From positions 1,984,001 through 2,048,000 of the forward strand of contig NC_081334.1 of assembly GCF_022539665.2 (NCBI RefSeq): 64,000 nt of DNA. The letters are read 5' to 3'. Within the stretch, counting starts at the first letter, position 1. Every line of letters starts with the position of its first letter. The DNA comes from Daphnia carinata. Taxonomy: Eukaryota. The notes beneath the pieces were generated by a model. That model was not told where the DNA came from and did no database searches. It worked only from the letters and a program-made list of their open reading frames with translations. A program made the position numbers and the translations under genes. Shown here piece after piece: positions 61,277 to 64,000 of this stretch.

Positions 61277-61600
61277 GTCAACCCAGGCAGGGGGAGACGC
61301 TGCCTTGTTGACCCACCGGGGAGATTACCCGGTGATTGGCTAAGAGAAGCCGGAAGAAGAGCCGAAGATTTGGAACATTTTTACTGGAGCGATTAACCTT
61401 TAGTTCGGATTTGTGGGTAGCCACGTCGCCCTCCGTGAACACATCATCGGACTAAGCGGACCTCCACGTCCCCTTTCCGGCCAGAGCCCTCCAAACCTCG
61501 GTATATGTTATTTTTATATATACCGTACAGTAGGGGCATGACCCCCTACGGGCTTATTACGAGTCAAGGGGAAACGGGGCTACGGAAAGGAAGGGAGCCC
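61277..61600 (+). ncRNA. Candidate structured domain B, family unknown
   Basis: Hairpins 61277-61312, 61314-61334, 61499-61525 and 61530-61549; longer-range pairings 61417-61422/61578-61583 and 61470-61475/61566-61571. Confidence 0.4.
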
Positions 61601-61799
61601 AGATATGCACTTCAATTTTTTAAATATAAAATACCGTCTCGGGAATCCGAATGAAGTATAAAGATATCATGTCATCCATCCAATCATTACAATTTATTCA
61701 GTGTCTTGCCCCAACCAAGAATCTTTTCAGATCCAATGTTACTATTAACCTATACTGAGAAAAGAAAAACAACACCATTAAGCATCTCAATTGTTGCTC

Positions 61800-62610
61800 A
61801 TGTGACTTACATGACTCATAGATTCAACTTCTGGCAGAAGCTTGGGAAAGGCCATACAAATTGCAGATGAAAATCATTGTATAAGGCTGAATGATAAAAT
61901 AGCACCTGTAGAATGTTGCATTGTTGATAGTTGTGTTCCCAGTATGCTGAAAATCCTTTCCTATCAGATAAATTTTTTTTTTGTAGATTAGATATGGTTG
62001 GCAAAAAGCAGGAGAAATGCTTCGTCATAAATTCAAAATTTTTTCAAGAAAATTCCTTTCATACCTAAAGAGTCCATGTATGATGTTCATCGCTGCAATG
62101 CCAGTGAAGTGAAACATCTTTAGGGCCATTTAAGTACCCAGCTTCACCAACACTATGAACGTAAAGGACAAACTGTTCTTTAGCAAGAGAGGCAAAATTA
62201 TTTGAGGCTTCTAGCTGTGACAGACCTATAAAGGATTGCTGTTATACAAGATTCATTTACACAAGATGGTACTTCTCATTAGACAATGTGCAACTCTATT
62301 ACTTTACCTCATACCTTAATGGTAATGCACTAAGTGTTTTTTCAACTGTAGGCTCACCCTTCCATCCTGTAACACTTCCAGACTTGACTTGATCCCCCGC
62401 TAAAATTCTGTGAATGCAAAATAATAGCATTAAAAATACTTTTTCTGTTGACAAAAAACCGAAAAGTACCTAATCCATGTTTGACGTTGAACTCATGCCA
62501 TTTCTGGGTTTCTGTACCACATCCATTTTCAACAGTCTTTATGATAATATTAATCAAAGCCGCATGTACCATTATGAAATGGATGTTGAAAAGCAAATAA
62601 AAACCTGTTG
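61800..62610 (-). other. Possible exons of an unidentified or degenerate gene
   Basis: Short open segments bounded by AG/GT sites (e.g. ...GGATGGAAGG|GTGAG near 62357); no recognisable domain. Confidence 0.2.
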
Positions 62611-63040
62611 AGATGGATATCAGGAGAATCAGAATAGATCTAAATCAACTTCAGTTATTCTTTTCCCTATAATACTTCGTGACATAGCATAATAGATATA
62701 CTTGCCTCAATTCAGAACCATAGACCAACGGAAAAGAACACAGAAATGAGAAATGTAGCTGTGAAAGGAGATCACTTTAAAACACAGGATCAGGTATAGA
62801 TCACCTAAGAGTTGAACTAAAATGCAAAGGCAGAAATATTGGGCACGATTGCAGTTTACCAAACATAGTAGAAAAATAAAATAATTATCAAAGAAAAACA
62901 TAGGCACCCTCGGGTTGCCGAATGGGTAGGTTTGATGCAATCTATGGCAATCCGTTTTACCCCCTGGATTGCCATATACCAGAGCTTCCCTTGATTCATT
63001 GCGGTGCTTACAAACTTTTCTTAATTGTTTCTTTTTCCAA

Positions 63041-63560
63041 CGCCATCTATGAATAGGCATGAACATCATACCCAACGACATCTAAGGGCGCATTTTGGCG
63101 TCAACCTTTTGTTGAACCTTTTAGTTCAACTTTTCGTCAAGGTTGACGCCAAAACGGAAGAGTTGAGCAAAAATTGAGAAAGGGGAGGAGTTGCAGTTCA
63201 GTTGAAGGTCAATGGTGGTCCAGACCACCGTTGAAAAAGCTCAACTCTTTCAGTTGAACCTCCCACAGGCGTTGTCGCCAAAACGGTCGCCTAGTTGAAC
63301 CATCTACCGGGCAGTTGACGCAAAAATACAAGTTCACTAAAAAAGTTGAACTAAAAGTAGACGCCAAAATGCGCCCTAAGAAGAGACATGCATATGACAG
63401 CTAACGCCACCTATGAAGACATGCACACCACTATAAACAAATATGCGTACCAAATGGTTTGCCATCTACGGACAGACATGCACACCAAATTCACGCCATC
63501 TACGCGGAGACTTGCGCATTGTTACCCATGCCATCTATGAACAGATATGCGTACCAACAC
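63041..63560. repeat. Degenerate ~35-bp minisatellite with core (c/t)gccatcta, interrupted by a MITE
   Basis: Cores at 63041, 63076, 63405, 63460, 63494 and 63529; the 35-bp spacing is restored when the MITE and one TSD copy are removed. Confidence 0.75.
63086..63376. mobile_element. PIF/Harbinger-type (Tourist-like) MITE, 291 bp
   Basis: Perfect 17-bp TIRs GGGCGCATTTTGGCGTC/GACGCCAAAATGCGCCC; TAA target-site duplication at 63083-63085 and 63377-63379; subterminal gttgaac repeats. Confidence 0.9.
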
Positions 63561-64000
63561 ATTCAAAATAGATTTTCTACTACGCTGTCAAACATCATGA
63601 TTGGAGTAGCTGTCTTTGGTAGAAGAATAATCTTCTGAGATGAAGTCAGAAAGACCAAGTAGGTTACTAGCACTGTTGAAGTAGTTCTCCTCAACTAGAG
63701 TCACAATCGTTGCAGTTATCTATACATTTACATGCATTACTACACCATCCCTTACACCATACCTTCCCAACCTATTCCTGTTCATCTGTTTCTATTTAAC
63801 AATCAAGCTAGAATTCCTTTGCCTGTGTTTCTGCTGCCATTAAATTTTGTTATTATAATAGCAAATGCCGTAACAATCTATATTTACCAAACAGATAAGC
63901 TTATGGATGTAGCAGATCTCAGAACAATCTACAAGTCAAAAGAAGCAAATGGTAATAAAAAAATGGAAACATTACATCACTATGCATAAATATTTACGTG

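Overview
Eukaryotic animal genomic DNA with short (~60-90 bp) introns, AT-rich spacers and many homopolymer runs. The gene content and style suggest an arthropod, most likely a Daphnia-like crustacean (inference). In order, the window holds: the 5' end of an unidentified minus-strand gene with several alternative N-terminal exons (1-7.7 kb); class II PI3-kinase (Pi3K68D/PIK3C2, minus); a REEP5/DP1-like gene with a premature stop and a broken splice acceptor; a repeat-rich patch (17-21 kb); a small secreted repeat protein; an intronless DC-STAMP/Sneaky-like ORF; a heme peroxidase; a cystatin/FAS1/Kunitz mosaic inhibitor; about 13 kb of non-coding DNA; ihog; a second, membrane-anchored peroxidase; ZFAND2B/AIRAPL head-to-head with API5; and a repeat-rich tail. 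The most unusual region is 60.4-61.6 kb. It contains two hairpin-dense domains, the first with plus-strand G-U-biased stems, flanking a back-to-back pair of degenerate tRNA-like A/B-box elements. A second back-to-back pair lies at 20.6-20.8 kb. All calls come from manual reading of the sequence; no database searches or folding computations were run.
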